Assembly: GCA_951406725.2 (NCBI GenBank)
Contig: OX597835.1
Coordinates: 32,488,001-32,552,000, forward strand
DNA from: Octopus vulgaris
Taxonomy: Eukaryota
Reading direction: 5' to 3'
DNA length: 64,000 nt
Positions 1 through 12,370 of this stretch are shown here, one piece after another. The notes under the pieces were generated by a model that saw only the letters and a list, made by a program, of their open reading frames with translations, had not been told where the DNA came from and did no database searches. How positions within the stretch are numbered: position 1 is the first letter of the stretch; each line of letters opens with the position of its first letter. A program made the translations under genes and the position numbers.

Positions 1-429
1 GTTATTTTGCCCTTCGCTCTGTTCTGAGTTCAAATTCTGCTGAAGTCAACTTTGCCTTTCATCCTTCCTTGTGGGGTCAATAAATTAAATACCAGTTGAG
101 TACTGGGGTCAGTGTAATCGACTAGTCCCCTTCCATCAAATTGCTGCCCTTGTGGCAAAATACGAAACCATCATTGATTCATATTTTAAGGCAGTGAACT
201 GCTAGAATCTTTAGAAGGCCCGACCAAATGCTAAGTAGCCTTTTGTCCGGGTTCACTTTCTATGTTCAACTTCCAGCTTGGGTCAACTTTGCCTTTAAAA
301 TAAGAACCAATGCCACTTAGAAGTATTTCTTCCAAATTTTTGTTCGGAGTTCAAATGTTCCTCCTCTCCTCAATTTTCTGGCTTTGATCCAAAATTTGAA
401 TCAATCAATAAATCATCGTCATCATTATT

Positions 430-890
430 TAAGAATACTACCTCCAGTGGCTATAGCAAAAAAGGTAGTATTGGGGTCTCATTTGAAAGGGCTAAAATTG
501 GACACTTTCCTCTTTGGCCAAACCCTCAACTTTTTCAAGTTTAACTTGAAAAGGAAAGTGAGGGTAGAGAGGGAAGTGTTGTCTTCTAGCAAATTTGTAG
601 AAAGGTGGGCGGATGTTGGAAAAATGGCCAGTGTGAAAGGACCAATTCTGAGAATACACCTGTAAAAATAAAAGAAGGGCTCTTGCCCTGTCGATCAGAT
701 ACCCATGGCTTTTGTGGGTTTTTCCATGAGTAACCTTTAAAGCTCCCCTTCCCCACTGGGAGTTTTACTGGTTACCTTTTTATTGTTATTTAATGTTTAC
801 GCGAATGTGAAAACCCTTTGTTTCATCTTGTGTTGTATTTTATGTATAATTTATATTTGCCCTTGTGGCGAATAAAAGAATAAATTATCA
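430..890 (+). mobile_element. Probable L1/Tx1-type LINE 3' remnant
   Basis: ORF end AKKVV...FFKFNLKRKVRVEREVLSSSKFVERW resembles Tx1-type C-termini; A-rich tail with AATAAA. Confidence 0.5.
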
Positions 891-1454
891 TTGTTTAAGG
901 AGGTGAGTTGGCAGAAGTGTTAGCACACTGGGCAAATGCTCGGCAGCATTTCGTCCATCTTCGCATTCTGAGTTCAAATTTCACTGAGGTCATCTTTGCC
1001 TTTCGTCCTTTTGGGGTTGATAAAATAAACCCCAGTTGATCACTGGGGTCGATGTAATTGACTTACTCCCTTCCATGAAATTGCTGGTCTTGTGCTAAAA
1101 TTTGAAACCGTGCTGTGATTGTTTCACTTGTAGAATCATAGTCTTCCCTAAACCATTTCCTAATCTCCACTGACATGAACAAAACCTAATCAGCCATTTC
1201 CTATCATCTTGTAACTTAGTAGTTCTGTGATAGACAAGTAGAACAAGAATAAGATTTAGAAATAAATACTGGTGTTGATTTGTTCAGCTAAATCCCTCAA
1301 ACTGGTGCCCCAGTTTGGTTACAGTCCAATGACTGAAACATGTCAAACATAAAAGATAAAACATGAGGTAAGCTCCTCTAAAGATGAATGTATATACAGC
1401 CAACATGTGGTAACATCTGAGTATGTATGTCTGTACCTAACCATGTAGTGGTTA

Positions 1455-1862
1455 CTCTTACTCTTTACTCTTTTACTTGTTTCAGTCATTTGACTGCGGC
1501 CATGCTGGAGCACTGCCTTAGTCGAGCAAATCAACCCCGGGACTTATTCTTTGTAAGCCCAGTACTTATTCTATCGGTCTATTTTGCCGAACTGCTAAGT
1601 GACGGAGACGTAAACACACCAGCATCGGTTGTCAAGCAATGCTAGGGGGACAAACACAGACACACAAACATATACACACACACTTATATATATATACATA
1701 TATACGACAGGCTTCTTTCAGTTTCCGTCTGCCAAATCCACTCACAAGGCATTGGTCGGCCCGGGGCTATAGCAGAAGACACTTGCCCAAGATGCCACGC
1801 AGTGGAACTGAACCTGGAACCATGTGGTTGGTTAGCAAGCTACTTACCACACAGCCACTCCT
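1455..1862 (-). mobile_element. SINE family A (about 400 bp, tRNA-like head, internal TA/TG microsatellite). Other copies near 2597-2966(+), 3018-3413(-), 15972-16365(+), 16381-16770(+), 18067-18455(+), 27382-27799(-), 30263-30640(+), 35561-35959(-), 44121-44525(+), 46005-46385(+), 50211-50631(-), 50840-51215(-), plus partials
   Basis: Recurrent head gagtggctgtgtggtaagtagcttgc..ggttcagtccc (A/B-box-like), ccttgggcaagtg core and gactgaaacaagtaaaagag tail. Confidence 0.93.
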
Positions 1863-2206
1863 TATTATTACTGAGGTCGACTTTGCCTTTCATCCTTTTG
1901 GGTGTTGGTAAAACAAGTACCAGTTGACCACTGGTACTTGATATAATTGACCTACACCCTGCCATGAAATTGCTAGCCTTGTGCCAATAGTCGAAACCAA
2001 TATATGTCTTTTGTGCTGTGATTATTTCACTTGTAGAATCATAGTCTTCCCTAAACCATTTCCCAATCGCCACTGACATGAACAAAACCTAATCAGCCAT
2101 TTCCTATCATCTGGTGCATTGCCCCAACCATTGACTAATTGTGCTCTATATCATGTTTCATCTCTAATATTGTTGTTATTGCTGCTGTTGTCTCTCTCTG
2201 TTTCAG

Positions 2207-2270
2207 TATTGCTATAGCGTTAGTCTGTAGCTTTTTACTTGGATTTGGTGATAGCATTTTTAATACTCAG
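2207..2270 (+). CDS. MFSD11: UNC93-like MFS transporter MFSD11, internal exon A (xIAIALVCSFLLGFGDSIFNTQ)
   Basis: Polypyrimidine tract + tttcAG acceptor and CAG|GTAAGA donor; 64 nt. The peptide matches, from memory, the MFSD11 motif CSFLLGLGDSCFNTQ. Confidence 0.88.
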
Positions 2271-4850
2271 GTAAGAACATTCTTTCAGTCATATTTATAA
2301 AAAGTGGGGAGCCTTTATTAACGTATTATTGTTGTTGTCTAGTCCAAGATAATCCTTATGCAGCAGACATTTGAGGCATTCCAGACACGAACATCCTGTT
2401 TTTCATTTAGACATGTATCTGAGACTACATTGATCATTTTCAATAGTGTATAATTTAAACAGGATCTCATATGAGGTTGTCCAGAAAAAAGTCACTGTAC
2501 AAAAAAGTAATACGAAAAATGGCCCCCTTTTTTTTTCCTAATGTTATAAGCAATTAAAGTAATAGAACAAAAGATATTTTAAATCAGTTAGGCATACGAG
2601 TAGCTGTGTGGTAAGTAGCTTGCGTACGAACCACATGGTTCTGAGTTCAGTCCCACTGCATGGCACCTTGGCCAAGTGTCTTCTACTGTAGCTTCGGGCT
2701 GACCAAAGCCTTGTGAGTGGATTTGGTAGACGGAAACTAAAAGAAGCCTGTCGTATATATGTGTGTGTGTCTGTTTGTCCCACCTCCAAATTCGTTTTAC
2801 AACCGAAACTGGTGTGTTTATGTCCCTGTAACTTAGCGGTTCAGCAAAAGAGACCGATAGAATAAGTACTAGGCTTACAAAGAATAAGTCCTGGGATCAG
2901 TTTGCTTGACTAAAGTCGGTGCTCCAGCATGGCCACAGTCAAATGACTGAAATGAGTAAAAGAGTAACGGACAGTACATGACTTATATGCAATTTCTATG
3001 TGATGGTATAACATATATACTCTTTACTCTTTTACTTGTTTCAGTCATTTGACTGCGGCCATGCTGGAGCACCGCCTTTTTTAGTCGAGCAAATCAACCC
3101 CAGGACTTATTCTTTGTAAGCCTAGTACTTATTCTATTGGTCTCTTTTGCTGAACCGCTAAGTAATGGGGATGTAAACACACCAGCATCTGTTGTCAAGC
3201 AATGCTAGGGGGACAAACAGACACACAAACACACACACACATATATATATATATACATGACAGGCTTCTTTCAGTTTCCGTCTACCAAATCCACTCACAA
3301 GGCTTTGGTCGGCCCGAGGCTATTGTAGAAGACACTTGCCCAAGGTGCCACGCAGTGGGACTGAACCCGGAACCGTGTGGTTGGTAAGCTAGCTACTTAC
3401 CACACAGCCACTCCAGTGAAAGAAACAAAAACTTTTATTGAATTTTCTTAAGCAAAGTAAGACAACGAAAACAAAAGAATTAAGTTGGTCATTTATTGAC
3501 AAAAACATGATATATCCAAACTGAAAACATCTTACATCGTCCTTCTCCTTATCATTTAATGTCTGCCTTTCATGTTGGTATGGGTTGGATGGTTTGACAG
3601 AAGCTGGCCAGACGTGAGCCCTGCACCAGCCTTCAGTGTCTGCTTTGGCATTGTGTTTACAGCTGAATGCCCTTCCAAATGCCAACCGCTTCAGAGGGTA
3701 GAGTGGATGCTTTTTACATGGCACCAGCAGGGTCACCAAGCAAGGCAAGGAATTTTTGAGAGGAGAAAGTGATCTTGTGTCAAATGATGAAAGATTTGAG
3801 TGTAACAGAGAGACAGGATCAGAAATATAGTCACCAGTATTAAAAACACTATATGCACGTGTGGAGGCGCAATAGACCAATGGTTAGGGCAGCGGACTCG
3901 CAGTCATACGATCGTGTTTTCGATTCCCAGACCGGGCGTTGTGAGTTTTTATTAAGCGAAAATACCTAAAGCTCCACGAGGCTCCAGTACGGGATGGTGG
4001 CGATCCCTGCTGTACTCTTTTGCTGCAACTTACTCTCATTCTTTCTTCTGTTGGCCTGCTTGCTTAGCCAGTGGGGTGGCGCCATTTGAAGGCTAAAACA
4101 ATGCAAAGCGCATTGTGACCAGCGATGTGTAGCAACATCTGATAGCCTGGTCGTTCACGGTGATCACGGTGATATTAACGTATTGCCACGGTACTAAGAC
4201 GAATATTCCAGCCAACACCACCAAGAAACTCTGCCACTGCCTTACAGTTCTCCCATTGAGCAAAGAATAAGTTAGAAAGCTGCAGATAGCATCAACCAAA
4301 TTTTCTTTGAGGTAGGTTACTAACAACATTCTGCTGGATTATTTTGATCACTGTCACTCACTGACTTTTTTTTTCTGCGACGTTTGGCTGTTCTTTCTAG
4401 CACGCCAGATAACCACTTAGAGCTGGCTCTGTATTACTACGCAGAGATCACCTTCGATTCTGCTATTATGCCTGTGCGAAGGTCACATCTATTTCTTTAA
4501 CTCCAGCAGATATATGATTCTTATCTTATCAAGTCGGAAGGTTCGAACCATGAAGTCAAATCCCGTAAAATTTATATTTAAAACATAGAACGAAACTAAT
4601 TTCTCCAGCAAAAGATTTAATCGAATGGAAAGTAAAGAGAAAAAGAAAAGTAAAACATAGGTGTAAGGGAAATAACTCTTACTAAGTTCAGGGGAGATAA
4701 CCTAAATATTGAATAAACCCCGGTTTGGCGGAATAATTAGTGTCGAACGGACACCTTACAGCATTTGGTTACGATCCTTTACGCTCCGAGCTCAAATCTC
4801 TTCAAGGTTGATTTTTGACATTTATTCTTCCATGCTCAGTAAAAAAAAAA

Positions 4851-5245
4851 GGATCTTTTCGGTTTGAACGGCAGTTTTTTAAAATAATTTCCACGTAACT
4901 AAACACTTTTAAACTTCGTATACTGGTAGAATGTGTTTATAAAACATTCTTTTTCTCTTCGCTTTATTGAGAAAATAGTTTGTAAGATATTTGTTGTTTT
5001 TTTTTCTTCAATTTCTGCAATTTCAACCAATCAATGACATCTATTGAGGTAAAAAAACATTCTGTGCTGTATGAATATATCCCTCGTTTAAGAAACAGAT
5101 TGGGTTTATTTACATTTGTGAAGCAAAAAAGATACCCTTCACCCCACCCCTAACCCTAAAACAGATTGAAATGCAATAGATCGATACTAGGGTCATAATT
5201 ATGGGTGACACCGCTAGAAAAAACTGCCGTTCAAACCGAAAAGAT
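4851..5245. mobile_element. MITE with about 27-bp terminal inverted repeats; partial inverted copy 52343-52735
   Basis: atcttttcggtttgaacggcagttttt ... aaaaactgccgttcaaaccgaaaagat. Confidence 0.85.
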
Positions 5246-6909
5246 AAAAAATAATTTAAAAGAACCAGTCATGTCCTGGATTCATATCGATTCTTTCCTT
5301 TCCAATTTTTTTTTTTGCTATGTAAGAAATCATCATTTGTTTGAACAATTTTTGCAACCTCAATTTGCCTAGGGATGCCATTGATGCGAAACAATAGTTA
5401 AGTACTATTGCTCATTACTTTTATATATGCAAGCACTTTCTCGCCGTTTACTCCTTCCCTGGATCATTATAAAAAAAGTGGGGGATTCAAAGACAGGAGA
5501 CTTCTAATATAGATATTGTTTTTTTAGCTCCAGAAGTGAGATTATTTGCTATTTCTACCTATTCCAGTGTCCACAGAGAGGCTCTCTCGTTGTTCTGTGT
5601 TAGTCAGCCTTGTTTCATATGTTCTTGGTAATATGAAGCTTTCATGTCCATAAGTTCCAAGGTACTCTGGTGATTGGAAAAATTAGGAATGTATATCATA
5701 TGAGACATTTGACGATATGCTGTGCTTGAGAAGACGTGTCAAGCCAAGTGACACCATAGCTGTGGCTGTTGTCAGTGTCACATAAATGGCACCTGTGTCG
5801 GTGATTTGTAAAAAGCACATTTCAAGTGTTGGGCCTCCACAGAGGCATTGTGGCCAATGCTGGTGTTGCGTCACTGGCACACTTGCTGGTGGCACATTAA
5901 AAGCACTGTTTGAGCGCTGGGCCACATGGAAGTAATGACAAATGACCAAGACCTTTAGCAATATGCTGTGCTTGAGTAGAAGACCCTTGAAGCCAAGCGA
6001 AATTATAGTTGTGGCAGATACTGGGGTCACACAACTGGCACCCGTGCCGGTGACACATAAAAGCCCCAGCACACTCTGTAAAGTAGTTTGTTTGTTCCTT
6101 CTCGAGCCATCCCTGCCTCATAGGTCCGGTTTCCTTGGCGCATAGGTTCCCCACCTAGATGGGATGCCAGTCCGTTGCAGGTGAGCTGCAAGATGCAGGA
6201 GGAAAGCGTGAGAGAAAGTTTTGGCGAAAGAGTCAGCGGAAGTTCACCCTTACCTTCTGCCGGAGCTGTGTGGAGCTTAGGTGTTTCGCTCATAAACACA
6301 CACATCACCCAGTCTGAGATTCGAACCCGCAAACCCTCAACTGCGAGTCCGCTGCTCTAACCACTAGACCATGTGCCTCCACATGGCCTATGCGTATGTG
6401 TAGATACATAAACATGTATATCATCATCTATATTTACTGTCCCTTTTCCATGCTGCTATGGGTTGGACATCTTGATTGGAACTGGCCAGGCCAGGGACTA
6501 CACCAGGTTCTATTTTGGCCTGATTTCTACAGTGAGATATAAAAAAGAAAATCATAGTTGCCAAAAATACCCTGCCATGAGATTGAACCTAAGGCTTCAT
6601 GACAATAAAATGAGCATCTCTAACCATCCAGCTCTACCTCTCTTCTTCCATCTGTAGACCAGTAATCCTGTCAGCGTTAGAAGTGGCTCTCTTTTTCTCC
6701 TTTCTTTCTTCCTCTCATGTCATCACTCCTTCTCCTCTATACCCCAATGTTCTTTTCAACTCCCTTGCTTCTCTCTACTCTCCACATCTCTTTTCCTACC
6801 TCTCCTCCTCCACCTCTCTCTGTCTCCTTTTCCTCTCACAACCTCTCTTCCTCTACTCTGTTGCTCCTCTCTAATCTCATCATCTCTCTCTTTCTCTCTT
6901 CCTTTCCAG

Positions 6910-6981
6910 ATATTCGCTATATTAGGAACTGTATTCCCAGAAGATGGAGCTCCTGCTTTTGCATTGTACAAGTTCGCTCAG
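6910..6981 (+). CDS. MFSD11: MFSD11 internal exon B (IFAILGTVFPEDGAPAFALYKFAQ)
   Basis: ctttccAG acceptor and CAG|GTAATT donor; 72 nt, phase 0-0, in frame with exon A. Resembles MFSD11 LLSILGFLYSEDSAPAFAIFKFVQ. Confidence 0.88.
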
Positions 6982-7017
6982 GTAATTCTTTCATTTCCAT
7001 TCATGGATGGTCGATTG

Positions 7018-7385
7018 TACACACACACACAGACACATACACACACATACGCACACACACATATACTTATACACATGCACACACACACACACACACATAC
7101 ATACACCCATACACACACACATACCTACATACTCCTATACGCACATACATACACACAGACATACACACATACACACACACACATACTTACACACACACTC
7201 ACATGCATGACAAACATCCATACACTCACACTCACATACGCACACACCAACATAAACACGCACACGCACACACACACTCCCACACACATACACACGCACC
7301 TACATACACACACGCACGCATACACATGCACACACACGCATACACACATACATTACACACGTACACACACACCTACATACACATG

Positions 7386-7421
<36 letters not shown>

Positions 7422-7790
7422 CATACACACACACATGTACGCACATACACACACATATACGCACATACATATATACCCACACACATGCACACACACACAT
7501 ACGCACATGCATGCATGCATGCACACGCGCACACCTACACGCATACACACACACACACGCACGTACACATACATACATACACACACACATACATACACCC
7601 ATACACATACATGCATCCTACACACACATACATACACACTCACACATACATACACACACACACACTCACTCACACACCTGTATGTACGCGCACACACATG
7701 CACATACACACACTTCCACACACCCACACGTACATACATACACACAGACACACTCACACATCCACACACATACATACTTACGCGCATACT
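7018..7790. repeat. Degenerate (CA)n/(CATA)n microsatellite
   Basis: Direct inspection; source of the His/Thr and Val/Cys ORFs. Confidence 0.95.
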
Positions 7791-8654
7791 CGCAGGCGCG
7801 CGCACACACGCGCTTGCGCCAGTTCGCGCACGCATACGCGCTGCATGCACCTCGCTCTTGGACCCGACGATACCTCCCGCTCGTTCCTGGGACCGTCGCT
7901 TGTCGTTGGGTTTTCCCACGCCCGTCTCCGCGGGACCACTCATCCATCTTCCCCTCAGCTGGAGTCCTTTTTCCTTAACCCCCCCTTTTTTTGTTACGCA
8001 CGCGCGCACACATATACACACCCACTCACACACACACATTGCTTAAATATATACATTACTCTTACACACATTCAATCCACTCGCCATTAATACTACCACG
8101 ACGCTGGACACACACACACACTACTACTCAACACACGCTGGCACGCTACATACGCCCCCACCCCTTCCCCTCCCTCCCTTCCTCCTTCCTTCTTTTTCTT
8201 ACTACTGACCACTGTCTGCTATGCCTACCACTGTCTCGCCCTACCTCACACGCCTACACACAGACGCACACACTAACACATACATATATTTTTTGTTTTT
8301 TTATCTCGCCTCACACACACACATACACACACGCACACACTCACACATACACACACATCTGTTGCGTTACCAACCTTGTCTCCACTCTTTTGGCTTTAAA
8401 AACCTACTTTGCTCTTGTTATCGTAAACTTCCGCCTTTCACCATGTGTAACTCGTAAACACCAGTCGTTTTTTTCTCTATCTCCTGTTGCCCGCTTTGGG
8501 ATCTTTCTTTCCTCTCTCTTCCTTCTTTATGTTTCCGACGAAGAGCTCCGCTCGAAACGTCATACCTTCCTGCTTCCATTTCCTGAGCGCCTATTAATAA
8601 TAATACTGTAATTGTTCCATTGTTGTTGTTTTTTTTTGTTTTCCCGTTTGGATT

Positions 8655-8700
<46 letters not shown>

Positions 8701-9568
8701 GACAGGCTTCTTTCAGTAATTATAGTAATAATATTTTTATAATAATAATATTTATACTTAATAATAATAATAATATAATATTATCATTAAGGCTAGCAGA
8801 CTCATTAGCATGCTGGACGAAATGCTTAGGAGTATTTCACTCGTCATTACATTCTGAGTTCAAATTCCACCGAGGTCAACTCTACCTTTCATCCTCTCAG
8901 GATTGATGAAATAAGTACCAGTTACGCACTGGGGTCAATATAATTGACTCATCCTCACCTGCCCCAAGCTGCCCTTGTGGCCAAAAGTTGTAACTATTCT
9001 GTTGTGTCTGAGGAGAGTCATTCTCTTTTAGTGCTTTATAATTTAACACACTCACTGGTAAAATTTCCACTTATTTCTTATTTCCTAAAAGTTTTGTTGC
9101 ATCTTGCAACCTTTTCAATAGTCTTGACTCTGTCCATTATTTACATTGCATTCCTTTTTCTTGGTTTGTGCACATGTGTGTGTGTGTGCCTATGCATGCA
9201 TGCATGTACATATGTATGTATGTATATAATGTTTAGCAGTATTTTGTCTGCCGCTACATTCTGAGTTCAAATTCCAACGAGATTGACTCTGCCTTTCATC
9301 CTTTCGGGGTCGATTAAATAAGTACCAGTTATGCACTGGAGGGGGGGGGGCGGCGATGTAATCAACTTAATCCGTTTGTCTGTCCTTGTTTGTCCCCTCT
9401 GTGTTTAGCCCCTTGTGGGTAGTAAAGAAATGGTATACATGTGTGTGTATGCATCTGTATGTATGTATTCTGCATATTCATGTTCTTGCATGTCCGTGTT
9501 TGTAATTATCATTATTATTATTATTTATTTATTATTGTAATTGTTGTTGATGTCATTTACTCTTTCAG

Positions 9569-9707
9569 TCAATGGCAGCGGCCATCTCCTTCATGTACAG
9601 TATAGCACTTCCACTCCAATGGCAGTTACTCATCATGGTCATCTTAGGCACATTTGCTTCCCTCTCGTTTTTCACACTGGAATGGACTATATTTGGAAGA
9701 CTACCTC
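9569..9707 (+). CDS. MFSD11: MFSD11 exon C, last transmembrane helices (SMAAAISFMYSIALPLQWQLLIMVILGTFASLSFFTLEWTIFGRLP)
   Basis: tctttcAG acceptor, in frame with exon B; resembles MFSD11 SICAAVAFFYS...HWQLLVMVIFGFFGTISFFTVEW. Strong C|GTAAGT donor at 9708 (phase 1); unspliced, the frame stops at 9832. Confidence 0.88.
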
Positions 9708-10027
9708 GTAAGTATTCCTCTTGTTCTTGTTCTTTCTCTTATTTCTGTTCTGAGGAGGCACAACAAGTTTGGAGAGAAGTTGATAGGGCAAAGCTGGTTC
9801 CTGCTGTAAGAGGAAGGAATGGAAATGAATGAGCAGTTGTTAGAAAGGGGATGCTGCATAATATGTATCATCATCATCGTCATTTAATGTTGTCCATGCT
9901 GGTATAGGTTGGACAGTGTGACCAGGGCTGGCAAACCCGGGAGCTGCACCAGACTCCAGTTTGCTTTGGCATGGTTTCTATGGCTGAATGCCCTTCCTAA
10001 GGCCAACCACTTTACACAGTATGCTGG

Positions 10028-11465
10028 CTGCTTTTACATGGCACTATACAGGTGCTATTATGTGACACTGCACAGGTGCTATTATGTGACACTGCACAGG
10101 TGCTATTATGTGACACTGCACAGGTGCTATTATGTGACACCGCACAGATGCTATTATGTGACACCGCACAGGTGCTATTGTGTGACACCTCACAGGTGCT
10201 GTTATGTGACACCACACAGGTGCTGTTATGTGACACCGCACAGGTGCTGTTGTGTGACACCGCACAGGTGCTGTTATGTGACACCGCACAGGTGTTGTTA
10301 TGTGACACCGCACAGATGCTGTTATGTGACACCACACAGATGCTGTTATGTGACACCGCACAGGTGCTGTTATGTGACACCGCACAGGTGCTGTTGTGTG
10401 ACACCACACAGGTGCTGTTATGTGACACCGCACAGGTGCTGTTATGTGACACCGCACAGGTGCTGTTATGTGACACTGCACAGGTGCTATTATGTGACAC
10501 CGCACAGATGCTATTATGTGACACCGCACAGGTGCTATTGTGTGACACCGCACAGGTGCTGTTATGTGACACCACACAGGTGCTGTTATGTGACACCGCA
10601 CAGGTGCTGTTGTGTGACACCGCACAGGTGCTGTTATGTGACACCGCACAGGTGCTGTTATGTGACACCGCACAGGTGTTGTTATGTGACACTGCACAGG
10701 TGCTGTTATGTGACGCCGCACAGGTGCTGTTGTGTGACACCGCACAGGTGCTGTTATGTGACACCACACAGGTGCTGTTATGTGACACTGCACAGGTGCT
10801 GTTATGTGACGCCGCACAGGTGCTGTTATGTGACACCGCACAGGTGCTGTTGTGTGACACCACACAGGTGCTGTTATGTGACACCGCACAGGTGCTGTTG
10901 TGTGACACCACACAGATGCTGTTATGTGACACCGCACAGGTGCTGTTGTGTGACACCGCACAGGTGCTGTTATGTGACACCGCACAGGTGCTGTTATGTG
11001 ACACCGCACAGGTGTTGTTATGTGACACCGCACAGGTGCTGTTGTGTGACACCGCACAGGTGCTGTTATGTGACACCGCACAGGTGTTGTTATGTGACAC
11101 CGCACAGGTGCTGTTATGTGACACCGCACAGGTGCTGTTATGTGACACTGCACAGGTGCTGTTATGTGACGCCGCACAGGTGCTGTTATGTGACACCGCA
11201 CAGGTGCTGTTGTGTGACACCACACAGGTGCTGTTATGTGACACCGCACAGGTGCTGTTGTGTGACACCGCACAGGTGCTGTTATGTGACACCACACAGG
11301 TGCTGTTATGTGACACTGCACAGGTGCTGTTATGTGACACTGCACAGGTGCTGTTATGTGACGCCGCACAGGTGCTATTATGTGACGCCGCACAGGTGCT
11401 GTTATGGGACACCGCACAGCTGCTGTTATGTGACACCGCACAGGTGCTTTTATATGGTACCCTCA
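10028..11465. repeat. 24-bp minisatellite, about 60 units, consensus GTGCTGTTATGTGACACCGCACAG
   Basis: Direct tandem repeat; 8-aa periodicity in four ORF-track frames. Confidence 0.97.
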
Positions 11466-12219
11466 CAATTGCTTTACATGGCCAGAAGGATCAGTCTTAA
11501 CACTCCTGCTGCAGAGTACAGATCTTTTTGACTCGTACTCCACAGTGTATATGAATAAATGGTTGACCAATTGATTATAAATGATTAACCAATTGATTGA
11601 TAATAACAACAATAATTGAACCCCAATGAGCATGTTTATTGTTGGCATAATGACCCTTCTAAAAATACAAGAAAATCAAATATGTTTTTGTACAAAATTA
11701 ACTTCACTCACTCAGCCAATCAGAATTGACTTTGTGCATGTAACCAATCAAACAATCCCTTCTTGTTTTGATTCAGTGAATTTCACTTTAAATGGTTTCC
11801 TATTTCATTGTTCAGGTTTCCTTTGACAATTGGAGATGTCAGACTCAGAGTCACAAAATTTAGTCTTTCGACATAAAAAATCTATTTTGATATTCTAGTT
11901 TAGTAGTATTTCCTTTCCCTTTTTTCTGGTTTTTAACCATTTTCTATTTACTGAAATATTTGCATTCTGGTGTCCATGCCGGTGGCATGTAAAAAGCACC
12001 ATCCGATCGTGGCCATTGCCAGCCTTGCCTGGACCCCGTGCCAGTGGCACGTAAAAAACACCCACTACACTCACGGAGTGGTTGGCATTAGGAAGGGCAT
12101 CCAGCCGTAGAAACATTGCCAGATCAGACTGGGCCTGGTGCAGCCTTCCGGCTTCCCAGACCCCAGCATGGAAAGCGGACACTAAATGATGATGATGATA
12201 AGTGTTTATGCATATATAA

Positions 12220-12253
<34 letters not shown>

Positions 12254-12370
12254 ACATATATATTATCATCATGAGTTGTGTGTGTGTATAGATATATGTA
12301 CATACATATTATAAACACATGTACAAGTATGCATGTATATGTGTATGTATAGATATATATGTACATATAT

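Noticed and set aside
6717-8611. Long His/Thr-rich ORFs
   Set aside because: Translations of a (CA)n microsatellite; the real exon B is a short spliced segment within this span.
10028-11465. CRISPR array or RAG RSS array
   Set aside because: No unique spacers, no cas genes and a eukaryotic context; CACAGGTG is not the CACAGTG heptamer and there is no nonamer.
9909-11531. Four long Cys/His-rich ORFs (465-540 aa), metallothionein- or keratin-like
   Set aside because: They result from a 24-bp unit that lacks stops in four frames; they start in an RTE tail and have no exon context.
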